Positions 38,027 to 48,389 of a stretch of 64,000 nt of DNA are shown in pieces. The notes below the pieces were generated by a model that saw nothing but the letters and a program-made list of their open reading frames with translations, was not told the DNA's origin and ran no database searches. A program made the position numbers and the translations under genes. Source of the DNA: Deltaproteobacteria bacterium (GTDB taxonomy: Bacteria; Bacillota; Desulfotomaculia; Desulfotomaculales; JAGUVT01); assembly GCA_020062745.1 (NCBI GenBank), contig JAGUVT010000051.1, positions 21,901-85,900 on the forward strand, in the 5' to 3' direction. The first letter of the stretch is position 1, and each line of letters begins with the position of its first letter.

Positions 38027-39424
38027 ATGGAAGACCTGACGCCACGCCAGACTGTAGCCGAACTGGATAAATATATAGTTGGTCAGCAGCAGGCTAAAAA
38101 AGCGGTGGCCATTGCTTTGCGGAACCGGTACCGGCGCAAGAAATTACCTGCTGATTTCCGGGATGAGGTAATGCCGAAGAATATTTTGATGATTGGTCCT
38201 ACCGGTGTGGGTAAAACTGAGATTGCCCGCCGGCTGGCTAGGCTGGTCAAGGCTCCTTTTATAAAGGTAGAGGCTACTAAGTTCACCGAAGTGGGCTATG
38301 TTGGACGGGACGTAGAAGCGATGGTCAGAGATCTGGTGGAAACTTCCATCCGCATGGTGCGTCAGGAAAGGATTGCCCAGGTAGAGGAGAGGGCTAGAGA
38401 AATGGCTGCTGAAAGGATTGTAGAACTGCTTGCTCCTTATCCGGCAAGAGATGTTTTACCACGTAATCCGCTTGAGGTAATTTTTGGCGGCGCAAAGCAA
38501 GCGGAGCCAGTTGACAAAAGTCAGGAACAACTGACAAAAAGGGTGGAATTCGAGCGGGAAATCTTACGGGAAAAGCTGGCTAAAGGTGAATTGGAAAATG
38601 AGTATCTTGAGATCGAGGTAGAAGATAGTACTCCGCCGATGCTGGAGGTGTTCTCCGGTTCAGGCGTGGAAGAGATGGGTATAAATTTGCAAGATATGCT
38701 GGGCGGGTTGCTTCCTAAAAAGAAAAAGAAACGCAAGGTGACGGTTGCCGAAGCCAGGAAAATTCTTACCCAGCAGGAAGCTCAGAAACTTATTGATATG
38801 GATGAGGTAACTTCTCAGGCCATCAACAGGGCCGAAGAAGACGGCATTATATTTTTAGATGAAATCGATAAGATTGCCGGGCGTGATGCCGGCGGCACGC
38901 CGGATGTCTCCAGGGGCGGGGTGCAACGGGACATCCTTCCTATTGTCGAAGGTTCTACTGTGGTTACCAAGTACGGGCCGGTCAAGACCGATCATATTCT
39001 TTTTATCGCGGCCGGGGCTTTTCATACGACTAAACCGTCCGATCTCATTCCGGAGTTGCAGGGGCGGTTTCCGATCCGGGTTGAACTGATGAGTCTTACG
39101 ATGGCGGATTTTCAGCAAATTTTGACTGAACCAAGAAATGCCCTGATTAAGCAATATACCGAATTACTGGCCACAGAGGATGTCTTAATTAAATTTTCAC
39201 AAAATTCACTTGTGGAAATTGCGAAAATCGCTTATACTGTTAACGAACGGACTGAAAATATCGGTGCCCGGCGTTTGCATACAATCTTGGAAAAGCTTTT
39301 AGAAGATTTATTATTCGAAGCGCCTGAGTTGAAAGGTAAAAACATTGTTATTAACCGGGAGTATGTGCTGGAAAAGCTCGAAGAAGTGGCCAGGAATGAA
39401 GACTTAAGCCGTTATATTCTGTGA
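38027..39424 (+). CDS. hslU: ATP-dependent protease ATPase subunit HslU (ClpY)
   Basis: Contains [31 protein letters not shown] and IFLDEIDKI. 465 aa. Confidence 0.95.
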   Translation: MEDLTPRQTVAELDKYIVGQQQAKKAVAIALRNRYRRKKLPADFRDEVMPKNILMIGPTGVGKTEIARRLARLVKAPFIKVEATKFTEVGYVGRDVEAMVRDLVETSIRMVRQERIAQVEERAREMAAERIVELLAPYPARDVLPRNPLEVIFGGAKQAEPVDKSQEQLTKRVEFEREILREKLAKGELENEYLEIEVEDSTPPMLEVFSGSGVEEMGINLQDMLGGLLPKKKKKRKVTVAEARKILTQQEAQKLIDMDEVTSQAINRAEEDGIIFLDEIDKIAGRDAGGTPDVSRGGVQRDILPIVEGSTVVTKYGPVKTDHILFIAAGAFHTTKPSDLIPELQGRFPIRVELMSLTMADFQQILTEPRNALIKQYTELLATEDVLIKFSQNSLVEIAKIAYTVNERTENIGARRLHTILEKLLEDLLFEAPELKGKNIVINREYVLEKLEEVARNEDLSRYIL

Positions 39425-39442
39425 ATGGAAAGAAGGGATAAA

Positions 39443-40246
39443 ATGCGTGCTTTATTGGAAAAAACTCGTTCAATTAATAAATTGTTGCAAAAATCGGCGG
39501 GTTATACGGTAAATTTTAATGAAGTAGCGGCTGTACTCAGTGAAAATATCGGCTCCAGTATTTATATTCTCGATCAGGAAGGTAAAGTGCTTGGTTTTAC
39601 CTATATGAAGGGACTGACCTGTGATATCATGAAAGATATAGTGGAAGGCAGGGGTAGTTTTCCTGAGGAATATAATGAGAATTTGATGAAGATTGACGAA
39701 ACTTATGCTAATTTCTGTCAGATTGCCAATGCATGTGTTTTTTATGGTGAAAAACAGTGCCGTTTTACGGGTAAAGTTTCTACTATGGTGCCGATAATGG
39801 GAGCCGGTCAGCGCCTGGGCACTTTGGTTTTAGCAAAGTTTGACAAGCAATTTACCTGTGAGGATCTGATTTTAGCCGAGTACGGCGCTACGGTGGTGGG
39901 TATGGAAATTCTCAGGGTGCAGGCCGATAAGATGGAAGAAGAGGCTCGGAAGCGGGCGGCAGTACAAATTGCTCTGGAGACACTTTCTTACTCTGAGATG
40001 GATGCTGTACAGCGTATTTTTGAACAGTTGGATGGTGAAGAAGGTTTGCTTGTAGCCAGTAAAATTGCCGATCGGGCTGGAATTACCAGGTCGGTTATTG
40101 TAAACGCCCTGCGCAAGTTTGGTAGCGCCGGCGTTATCGAGTCCAAGTCTTTGGGTATGAAAGGGACTTACATCCGGGTACTTAATAATTACTTGATGGA
40201 AGAGTTAAATAAAAGGAAATCGCAAAGAAAAAGGACCACGGGTTAA
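39443..40246 (+). CDS. codY: GTP-sensing pleiotropic repressor CodY
   Basis: MRALLEKTRSINKLLQ aligns with the B. subtilis CodY N-terminus. The HTH is ASKIADRAGITRSVIVNALRK. The track ORF begins 18 nt earlier. Confidence 0.9.
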   Translation: MRALLEKTRSINKLLQKSAGYTVNFNEVAAVLSENIGSSIYILDQEGKVLGFTYMKGLTCDIMKDIVEGRGSFPEEYNENLMKIDETYANFCQIANACVFYGEKQCRFTGKVSTMVPIMGAGQRLGTLVLAKFDKQFTCEDLILAEYGATVVGMEILRVQADKMEEEARKRAAVQIALETLSYSEMDAVQRIFEQLDGEEGLLVASKIADRAGITRSVIVNALRKFGSAGVIESKSLGMKGTYIRVLNNYLMEELNKRKSQRKRTTG

Positions 40247-40261
40247 GGCCCGTGGTTTTTT
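40235..40261 (+). terminator. Rho-independent terminator after codY
   Basis: ACCACGGG-N6-CCCGTGGT hairpin, with the stop codon in the loop, followed by a T-run. Confidence 0.7.
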
Positions 40262-40286
40262 ATGTCGGGAGGATTTTGCAAAAAAA

Positions 40287-40314
40287 TTGCGAAATAATTA
40301 AATCATTAGATAAT
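40287..40314 (+). promoter_or_regulatory. Sigma-A promoter candidate
   Basis: TTGCGA-N16-GATAAT upstream of the enoate-reductase-like gene. Confidence 0.4.
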
Positions 40315-40352
40315 ATTTTTTTTAGAAAAAATTGAATTAGAGGTGGTTATTC

Positions 40353-42341
40353 TTGCGGGAATTTGTAAAATTATTTGAGCCTGTTAAAATTAAGGGGGTA
40401 GAGATTAAGAACAGAATAGTAATGCCTCCCATGCGTACAGACCTTGCTTCGGTAGATGATGATATGGTTACCGAACGCCTTATTGATTATTATGTGGAAC
40501 GGGCAAAAGGCGGCGCAGGCTTAATAATAGTCGAACATGCCGAGGTTCTTCCTTTGGTTTCCCGGGCTGGGGCCTGGAAACCGTTATACATTGGTGAGGA
40601 TAGAAGAATACCGCAACTTAAGAGATTGGTCGAGGCTGTTCATGAACATGGCGCGAAGGTTGCCATCCAGCTTCTCCATTGGGGGAGGATATTTTCGAAG
40701 GAAATTACGGGGCATGAGTCAGTTGCGCCTTCGAGTATCCCTGCGGGTGTATTTTATCAGGCCGACACTCCGATATCAAATTACAAGCCGAAGGAACTGA
40801 GCATTAAAGAAATAAAAGAGCTTGCCGGAAAGTTTGCGGATGGGGCAGAAAGGGCTAAAGAGGCTGGTTTTGATCTGGTGGAGATGCACTTCGGCCACGG
40901 GTATCTGGTTCATCTGTTTTTCTCTCCTTATACAAACAAGCGGACTGATGAGTACGGCGGGAACGTAGAGGGAAGAGCGCGATTTGCCTGCGAGATTTTA
41001 CAACGGGCGAGAGAAAAAGTTGGCGGGGATTATCCGATCAGCGTCAGAATTAGCGGTGATGAGTTTTTAGATGGCGGGTTGACCCTGGATGAGACGAAGA
41101 TTATAGCACGGATGCTGGAAAATGCGGGTGCAGATGTCATTCATGTATCGGCTGGCGCTTATCCGTCGAGTGGGGATAATTCCCTGCTGCGGGCGACTTC
41201 TACCCCGCCGATGGCATTTCCGCGTGGCTGTTTTGCGCACCTTGCCGGAGGCATTAAAGAAGTTGTCAGCGTGCCTGTTATTGCCGTGGGGAGGATTAAC
41301 GACCCTGAACTGGCGGAGAGTATTCTGGCGGAGGGAAAGGCTGATTTAGTGTCAATGGGAAGAGCTTTGTATGCTGACCCCGAACTGCCGAAAAAGGCGG
41401 CTGAAGGGAGATTGGATGATATCCGGAAATGCATAGCATGTAACCGTTGTATAGATTCCCTGATGATATTTGTCGATCCCGCCTCTTATGTCAGATGTTC
41501 GGTAAATGCTGCGTCCGGGAAGGAAAAAGAATACAGGATAACGCCGGCTGAGAACCCCAAAAAGGTTCTTGTTGTCGGCGGTGGACCGGCGGGCATGGAG
41601 GCTGCCAGGGTAGCAGCATTAAGAGGTCATAAAGTGTTGCTTCATGATAAAAGTGATAGACTTGGCGGGGTTTTGAATTTAGCTATTGTGCCGCCGCATA
41701 AAGATGAGATAAAAAATTTAATTGATTACCTCTCCAGACAAATTGCCGGGTTAGAAGTAGAAGTTGTACTGAAAAGTAACGTGACGCCTGAGCTTGTGGA
41801 GCAGATACAGCCGGATGTGGTAATTATCGCGGCAGGATCAATTCCTGTTATTCCGGTGATTCCAGGTGTTGATCGGGACAACGTAGTTACTGCTGTTGAT
41901 GTATTGGCTGGCCGGAAAGAGATGAAAGGGAAAGTTGTTATTATAGGCGGAGGCCTGATTGGCTGTGAGACAGCTGAGTTTTTGGCTGAAAAAGGTGAAA
42001 ATGTGTGCATTGTTGAGATGCTTAAAAGTATAGCTGGTGACGTGGGGCAGAATGTCAGGCCGTTTCTAATCCAGCGGCTTTACAAACAGGGAGTTAAGGT
42101 ATTAACCAGGACACAGGTTGAAGAGATAACGGAAGAAGGTGTGTGGGTTAATAAAGAAGGTAAAAAACAAATTGTTGAAGCCGGTACAGTAGTGCTCGCC
42201 GTTGGAATGACGCCGGACAGAGAGCTTTTTAACAGGTTGGATAACAGGTCTTTCGAGCTTTATGCTGCCGGAGATTGTATCAAACCGCGCCGGATACTGG
42301 AGGCGGTGCATGAGGGTTTCAATTTGGGACGCAAGGTTTAA
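40353..42341 (+). CDS. Old-yellow-enzyme family flavin oxidoreductase fused to an FAD/NAD(P)-binding domain (2-enoate / 2,4-dienoyl-CoA reductase-like)
   Basis: 662 aa. OYE N-terminal domain (NRIVMPPM, HFGHGYL), a Cys cluster CIACNRC, then VVGGGPAGMEAA and IIGGGLIGCE dinucleotide motifs. Confidence 0.85.
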   Translation: MREFVKLFEPVKIKGVEIKNRIVMPPMRTDLASVDDDMVTERLIDYYVERAKGGAGLIIVEHAEVLPLVSRAGAWKPLYIGEDRRIPQLKRLVEAVHEHGAKVAIQLLHWGRIFSKEITGHESVAPSSIPAGVFYQADTPISNYKPKELSIKEIKELAGKFADGAERAKEAGFDLVEMHFGHGYLVHLFFSPYTNKRTDEYGGNVEGRARFACEILQRAREKVGGDYPISVRISGDEFLDGGLTLDETKIIARMLENAGADVIHVSAGAYPSSGDNSLLRATSTPPMAFPRGCFAHLAGGIKEVVSVPVIAVGRINDPELAESILAEGKADLVSMGRALYADPELPKKAAEGRLDDIRKCIACNRCIDSLMIFVDPASYVRCSVNAASGKEKEYRITPAENPKKVLVVGGGPAGMEAARVAALRGHKVLLHDKSDRLGGVLNLAIVPPHKDEIKNLIDYLSRQIAGLEVEVVLKSNVTPELVEQIQPDVVIIAAGSIPVIPVIPGVDRDNVVTAVDVLAGRKEMKGKVVIIGGGLIGCETAEFLAEKGENVCIVEMLKSIAGDVGQNVRPFLIQRLYKQGVKVLTRTQVEEITEEGVWVNKEGKKQIVEAGTVVLAVGMTPDRELFNRLDNRSFELYAAGDCIKPRRILEAVHEGFNLGRKV

Positions 42342-42514
42342 ATTGAGTTGCGTGCTTGTTTTTATTATGTTAGAATAGTGTAGTTTGGTGTGAAATAAGC
42401 ACGTTGCTGGATTTTTGCAAGGGTGCCTTTGGGAGACTTCCTGGATAAAGGTCTTGTTGAAATGATGAAGGCAACGGAGGTTAAAAACCGTGGGGGAGGG
42501 GGTGGATAGTAGGA

Positions 42515-43219
42515 TTGGCTATTATTTCAATGAAACAACTCCTGGAAGCAGGAGTTCATTTTGGTCATCAGACCCGCCGGTGGAATCCTAAAATGGCTCC
42601 GTATATTTTTACAGCCCGAAACGGCATTTACATCATTGATCTGCAAAAAACAGTTAAGAAAGTAGAAGATGCGTACAACTTTATCAAGCAGGCGGTAGCA
42701 GAAGGCGAGACCATTCTTTTTGTCGGAACTAAAAAGCAGGCTCAGGAGGCTGTCCGGGAAGAAGCGGAAAAATGTAATATGTTTTATGTCAGCCAGCGAT
42801 GGCTGGGTGGGATGTTAACAAACTTTCAGACAATCAGGCGGCGTGTTGATCGACTGTATGAGTTAGAGAAGATGGAAGCTGAAGGCACGTTTGCCCTGTT
42901 GCCCAAGAAGGAAGTGGCAGAACTTTTGCATGAAAAAGAGAGACTGCAGAAGTTCCTGGGCGGTATAAAGGAAATGAAGCGCCTGCCTGGAGCTTTGTTC
43001 GTGATCGATCCGCGAAAAGAGCGTATTGCTGTAGCCGAGGCACGCAAGCTGGGGATTCCGATTGTGGCCATAGTAGATACCAATTGTGACCCGGATGAAG
43101 TTGATTATATTGTTCCGGGTAACGATGACGCTATCCGGGCGGTCCGGCTTCTGACGAGTAAAATGGCGGAAGCCGTACTGGAAGGAAAACAGGGAGAGCA
43201 ACTTTCCGAAGAAGGTTGA
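42515..43219 (+). CDS. rpsB: 30S ribosomal protein S2
   Basis: [27 protein letters not shown]. Confidence 0.95.
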   Translation: MAIISMKQLLEAGVHFGHQTRRWNPKMAPYIFTARNGIYIIDLQKTVKKVEDAYNFIKQAVAEGETILFVGTKKQAQEAVREEAEKCNMFYVSQRWLGGMLTNFQTIRRRVDRLYELEKMEAEGTFALLPKKEVAELLHEKERLQKFLGGIKEMKRLPGALFVIDPRKERIAVAEARKLGIPIVAIVDTNCDPDEVDYIVPGNDDAIRAVRLLTSKMAEAVLEGKQGEQLSEEG

Positions 43220-43339
43220 GATGACTGGCGGGGTGGCAGGCAGTAATACAGGCAACCCTGCTTTTTTTCTGTGATTTTCAGGTTTGGTTATGACTGAGAT
43301 CGGATATAATATAAATCAGGAAAAGATGGGGGAACGGTT

Positions 43340-44005
43340 ATGAACGTATCGGCAAGCCTGGTAAAGGAGTTGAGAGAGCGTACCGGAGCGGGTATGATGG
43401 ACTGCAAGAAGGCTCTCTCCGAAACTGGCGGAAATCTGGAAAAAGCAGTGGACTACCTGAGAGAGAAAGGACTGGCGGCAGCGGCCAAAAAGGCCGGGCG
43501 TATTGCTGCAGAGGGAATGGTAGAATCATATATTCATGGTGGTGGAAGAATCGGGGTTCTGGTAGAGATTAACTGTGAGACTGACTTTGTAGCTAAAACT
43601 GAAGAATTTAAGGTTTTTGTCAGGGATATTGCTATGCAGATTGCGGCATCCAAGCCGGAGTATGTGCGACGGGAAGAAGTACCGGCAGAAATAATAGAAA
43701 AGGAAAAGGAGATTTTAAGAGTTCAGGCTTTAAACGAAGGGAAACCAGCTAAAATTGTAGATAAAATGGTAGAAGGACGAATCGAGAAGTTCTTTAAAGA
43801 AATGTGCCTTTTAGAGCAGCCTTATATTAAAAACCCTGATATTATTGTACAGCAGTTGCTGACCGAGAAAATAGCCAGGATTGGCGAGAATATAAGTATC
43901 AGGCGCTTTGTCCGTTATGAATTAGGTGAGGGAATCCAGAAAAAGCAGTGCGACCTGGCTGCAGAGGTAGAAGCCGTCAGGCGTAGAGAATGTGAAAAAG
44001 ATTAG
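43340..44005 (+). CDS. tsf: Elongation factor Ts (short form)
   Basis: [20 protein letters not shown] and [17 protein letters not shown]. Confidence 0.9.
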   Translation: MNVSASLVKELRERTGAGMMDCKKALSETGGNLEKAVDYLREKGLAAAAKKAGRIAAEGMVESYIHGGGRIGVLVEINCETDFVAKTEEFKVFVRDIAMQIAASKPEYVRREEVPAEIIEKEKEILRVQALNEGKPAKIVDKMVEGRIEKFFKEMCLLEQPYIKNPDIIVQQLLTEKIARIGENISIRRFVRYELGEGIQKKQCDLAAEVEAVRRRECEKD

Positions 44006-44047
44006 AGGAATTTGCGGGGGAGTGGTAGAATAATCTGGAGAAGTTAG

Positions 44048-44788
<741 letters not shown>

Positions 44789-45346
44789 GTGACTGATGAG
44801 TTTGCTAAGGGTCTAGAGGACAGTATGAAAAAAACTATTGAAGTGGTGAAAAAGGAGTTCTCTTCCCTCCGGGCTGGGCGGGCAACGCCGGCTATCCTGG
44901 AAAAGATAATGGTTCAGTATTATGGTACACCTACACCGATTAATCAGCTTGCCAATATTTCTGTACCGGAAGCCAGGCTTTTATTAATTCAGCCGTGGGA
45001 TAAAAATTTGTTGCCGGATATTGAAAAGGCTATTTTAAAGTCTGATTTGGGTATTAATCCGGCCAGCGATGGAACTGTGATTCGTTTGGTTGTACCACAG
45101 CTTACACAGGAGAGGCGCTCAGAACTGATGAAGTTGATCAGGAAAAAAGCTGAAGAAGGCAGGGTAGCCGTACGGAATATCCGGCGGGATGCCAACGATC
45201 AGTTAAAGATCCAGCAAAAAGAAGGTAAAATGTCTGAGGATGAACTAAAACGCAGCCAGGACAAAGTACAAAAGCTGACTGACCGGTATATTAAAGAAAT
45301 TGACGAATTATTATCTATTAAAGAGAAGGAAGTTATGCAGGTTTGA
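44789..45346 (+). CDS. frr: Ribosome recycling factor
   Basis: 185 aa with LRAGRATPAILEKIMVQYYG and VAVRNIRRDAND. Confidence 0.95.
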   Translation: MTDEFAKGLEDSMKKTIEVVKKEFSSLRAGRATPAILEKIMVQYYGTPTPINQLANISVPEARLLLIQPWDKNLLPDIEKAILKSDLGINPASDGTVIRLVVPQLTQERRSELMKLIRKKAEEGRVAVRNIRRDANDQLKIQQKEGKMSEDELKRSQDKVQKLTDRYIKEIDELLSIKEKEVMQV

Positions 45347-45582
45347 GAGAGGAACCGGATATTGTCGGCCTTACCCTGGAAGATGCTGTTACTGAATTAG
45401 AGGCGTGTGGCTGGGAATTTGAAATAGTGGTTACCAGACCTGACCGGCGTATGCCGGATGGAAGGAAGAGAGTAGTTTGTTTTACTCCCTCAGACGGGAA
45501 AAAGGGGTTGCTTATTGTGGCTTGTGAGGTGTGTCCGGCAGGAGATTTATCATTGAGGAGTAAAGGATCGACCCCCTCGTAG
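45343..45582 (+). CDS. Hypothetical small protein with a PASTA-like N-terminal segment
   Basis: 79 aa. TTGA overlap with the frr stop codon. PDIVGLTLEDAVTELEACGW resembles a PASTA-type fold signature. It is followed by a terminator. Confidence 0.45.
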   Translation: MREEPDIVGLTLEDAVTELEACGWEFEIVVTRPDRRMPDGRKRVVCFTPSDGKKGLLIVACEVCPAGDLSLRSKGSTPS

Positions 45583-45598
45583 TCGAGGGGGTTGTTTA
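45571..45598 (+). terminator. Rho-independent terminator
   Basis: ACCCCCTCG-TAGT-CGAGGGGGT hairpin followed by a T-rich tail. Confidence 0.65.
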
Positions 45599-45624
45599 TA
45601 TAAACCAAATTGCGGGGAATTCTT

Positions 45625-46404
45625 ATGTTTAAATTATGGCATAGTAGAAAATTTAAGCATGATCAGAAGGAACAGAATCTATTGGAAATCCTGGATAAAG
45701 AGAATTTGCCCGGACATGTGGCCATTATTATGGATGGTAACGGACGTTGGGCAAAACACCGGGGTCTGCCGAGAGTTGTTGGACACCGGTCTGGAATGGA
45801 GTCGGTGCGGGAAATTGTGAAGCTATGTGCCGAGCTTAAAATAAAGGTATTGACGCTATATGCCTTTTCTACTGAGAATTGGAAGAGACCGCAGGAAGAA
45901 GTAGATGCTCTTATGAATTTACTGGTGGAGTACCTGCACCGGGAAATCGAAGAACTTGTTCAAAATGATGTGCAAATCAGACATATCGGGCGGGCAACAG
46001 AATTGCCTGCACCGGCATTGGAGGCCATGACTGTTGCTACGGAAAGGACGTGTAAGAACAAGGGACTGGTTTTAAATCTGGCTCTGAATTACGGGGGACG
46101 TACGGAGATTGTTGATGCGATGCGGGAAATTGCAGTAAAAGTAAAAGAGGGAGAATTGACGGTTTCTTCTATTGATGAAGGCACGATCGACAAATACTTA
46201 TATACTGCCGGTTTGCCTGACCCCGACCTGTTAATCCGCACCTCCGGAGACTGCCGGATCAGTAATTTTTTATTATGGCAGTTGGCTTATACTGAATTCT
46301 GGCTTACACCAGTAATGTGGCCTGATTTTCGGCGTCGTCATCTCTTAACGGCACTGATTGAATTTCAGCAGAGGGAACGCCGGTATGGCGAAATAAAGGG
46401 TTGA
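45625..46404 (+). CDS. uppS: Isoprenyl transferase (undecaprenyl-diphosphate synthase)
   Basis: HVAIIMDGNGRWA, FSTENWKRP and RTSGDCRISNFLLWQ. Confidence 0.9.
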   Translation: MFKLWHSRKFKHDQKEQNLLEILDKENLPGHVAIIMDGNGRWAKHRGLPRVVGHRSGMESVREIVKLCAELKIKVLTLYAFSTENWKRPQEEVDALMNLLVEYLHREIEELVQNDVQIRHIGRATELPAPALEAMTVATERTCKNKGLVLNLALNYGGRTEIVDAMREIAVKVKEGELTVSSIDEGTIDKYLYTAGLPDPDLLIRTSGDCRISNFLLWQLAYTEFWLTPVMWPDFRRRHLLTALIEFQQRERRYGEIKG

Positions 46405-47306
46405 TAATTTGGGAAAAAGGGCGGCTCGCAATGACAAGGAGGGCGGCTCGCAATGACACAGTAAGAGGTGATTTTCGGGATAGGTTGGTGGGTGTTTTGT
46501 TTTGGCTGCGAATCTTAAGCGCTCTGGTTGGAATGCCTTTAATTATACTGGCAGTGTGGTATGCGGGTACTCCAGTGTGGTACGCGGGTATACCGTTGCT
46601 TTTGCTGATAGCTTTGATTATTATTGTTGGCCTGGTTGAAATGATGAGAATGCTCTCCTGCCTGGGTCTGCGGCCGTCGCTTGGCCTGGCGGTGGCAGGT
46701 GGCTTAATTCTCCTGGGCGGCGCATATCTTTATGGTGGCGGCTACCCGGGGCCGACGATCATTGTGGTTCTTTTTATGCACCTGGTAGCGGCAGTAGTTT
46801 TCTATCCCCGTTATTCTTTAATGGATGGCGCTGCTACTCTTTTGGGCACTCTCTATGTGGGGTTGTTGTCTTATTTTTACCTTTTGCGCAATTTATCCGA
46901 TGGCTGGATATGGCTTATTTTTATGCTGGCCGGTACCTGGGCCAGCGATACTATGGCCTATTTCGTAGGTAAAACATTGGGGCGAAAACGTATCGCACCG
47001 GCTGTGAGTCCAAGAAAAACAGTGGAAGGGGCGCTGGGCGGGGTATTCGGCAGTATTGTCAGCGCATATGTGTTTGCGCTGGTTTATCCTTTTATTTCGC
47101 TGACCCATGTTTTATTGTTGGGGTTGCTGGTGGGGATTGCTGCCGAGCTTGGGGACCTGGTAGAGTCGGCTTTCAAGAGGCAGGCCGACCTGAAAGACGC
47201 CGGGAATTTAATTCCCGGCCACGGTGGTGTACTGGACCGGTTTGACAGTATGCTTTTTACAGCTCCGTTAGTCTATTATTATGTTCGTTTGTTTTTGGTG
47301 AAGTGA
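46401..47306 (+). CDS. cdsA: Phosphatidate cytidylyltransferase
   Basis: C-terminus has SAFKRQADLKDAGNLIPGHGGVLDRFDS. The real start is probably downstream (around 46489) because the first about 90 nt contain the non-triplet repeat. Confidence 0.85.
   Translation: MIIWEKGRLAMTRRAARNDTVRGDFRDRLVGVLFWLRILSALVGMPLIILAVWYAGTPVWYAGIPLLLLIALIIIVGLVEMMRMLSCLGLRPSLGLAVAGGLILLGGAYLYGGGYPGPTIIVVLFMHLVAAVVFYPRYSLMDGAATLLGTLYVGLLSYFYLLRNLSDGWIWLIFMLAGTWASDTMAYFVGKTLGRKRIAPAVSPRKTVEGALGGVFGSIVSAYVFALVYPFISLTHVLLLGLLVGIAAELGDLVESAFKRQADLKDAGNLIPGHGGVLDRFDSMLFTAPLVYYYVRLFLVK
46418..46458 (+). repeat. Perfect 19-nt direct repeat (22-bp period) at the uppS/cdsA junction
   Basis: AGGGCGGCTCGCAATGACA occurs at 46418-46436 and 46440-46458. 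A 16-nt core, GGCGGCTCGCAATGAC, also occurs at 15283-15298. Confidence 0.8.
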
Positions 47307-47316
47307 GGTGGGAACG

Positions 47317-48342
47317 ATGAAGCCCGTCCTTTATATATTAGGAGCAATATTAGCACTTTTTTTAGCGGCAAAGTACCTTTTGCCCCTGTTGGTTCCTTTT
47401 ATCCTGGCTTTAATATTCAGCATTTTAATGGAGCCGGTAGTCCGGTTTTTGCAAGCGAGAGTCAGGTTGTCCCGCAGTCTGTCGGTTATTGTAGCCATGC
47501 TGCTGGTTTTTGGCGGGGTTGGCCTGGCGGTAACTTTAATGATTCTCCAGCTGGTGGCCGAACTTATTCAGTTGTCGGGCGCCTTGTCGGCACAGGCTGA
47601 TGTTGTTAAATACTTTTATGAGGATTTGATTAATCGCGTAACAACGTTTTACGGTACCTTGCCCCCATCTGTAACAGCTTCACTGGAAAACTCGGTTACT
47701 TCCCTGACAACTGCGTTGCAGGGGCTGGTCAGCAGGGCGGCAAATTCCATCTTGCAGGTTATTTCCCTTGTCCCGGGCACGATATTAGTTATTGTAGTCA
47801 GTGCTCTGGCCACTTATTTTATCAGCCGGGACCGGTATCTCATAGGGAAGTTTTTTATTCTTTATCTACCGGAGTCGTGGGGCGAAAAATCTGTTTTGGT
47901 AATGCGGGAGATTGCCGGTGCCTTTGTGGGTTACCTGCGGGCACAGGCTATTCTGGTATCTCTGACAACTGTTCTCAGTATTGCCGGGCTTTATTTAATC
48001 GGGGCCAAGTATGCCCTGACTCTCGGTTTGTTGATTGGCTTCTTCGATCTGATTCCAGTGCTCGGCCCGGCTACCATTTATCTTCCGTGGATTGTTTTCT
48101 CTTTTTCTACCGGGGCTACAGTCTTTGGGATAAAGTTATCTGTCCTGTATCTGCTGGTTATGCTGGTGCGGCAGGTTTTGGAAGCAAAGGTTGTATCAGC
48201 CAGCCTTGGCTTGCATCCTTTGGCTACGCTGGTAGCCATGTATATCGGCTTAAAAACTTTAGGGTTTGTGGGATTGGTATTGGGTCCTATTTTTCTGATT
48301 GCTTTACAGGCAATACTGAAGGCAGGATTCTTAAAATCTTAA
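47317..48342 (+). CDS. AI-2E family transporter (sporulation membrane protein YtvI-like)
   Basis: About 8 transmembrane segments, with the FDLIPVLGP motif. ATG with GTGAGGTGG upstream. Confidence 0.7.
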   Translation: MKPVLYILGAILALFLAAKYLLPLLVPFILALIFSILMEPVVRFLQARVRLSRSLSVIVAMLLVFGGVGLAVTLMILQLVAELIQLSGALSAQADVVKYFYEDLINRVTTFYGTLPPSVTASLENSVTSLTTALQGLVSRAANSILQVISLVPGTILVIVVSALATYFISRDRYLIGKFFILYLPESWGEKSVLVMREIAGAFVGYLRAQAILVSLTTVLSIAGLYLIGAKYALTLGLLIGFFDLIPVLGPATIYLPWIVFSFSTGATVFGIKLSVLYLLVMLVRQVLEAKVVSASLGLHPLATLVAMYIGLKTLGFVGLVLGPIFLIALQAILKAGFLKS

Positions 48343-48389
48343 ATAGAAGGTAATAAAGGCTATCAGCAATCAATAGGGAGAGATAAGTA

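Noticed and set aside
40312-40333. CodY-box-like AT palindrome (TTTTTTTAGAAAAAA) just downstream of codY
   Set aside because: It matches only about 10 of 15 positions of AATTTTCWGAAAATT and is essentially an A/T-run palindrome in an AT-rich promoter region. That is not enough to call a CodY site.
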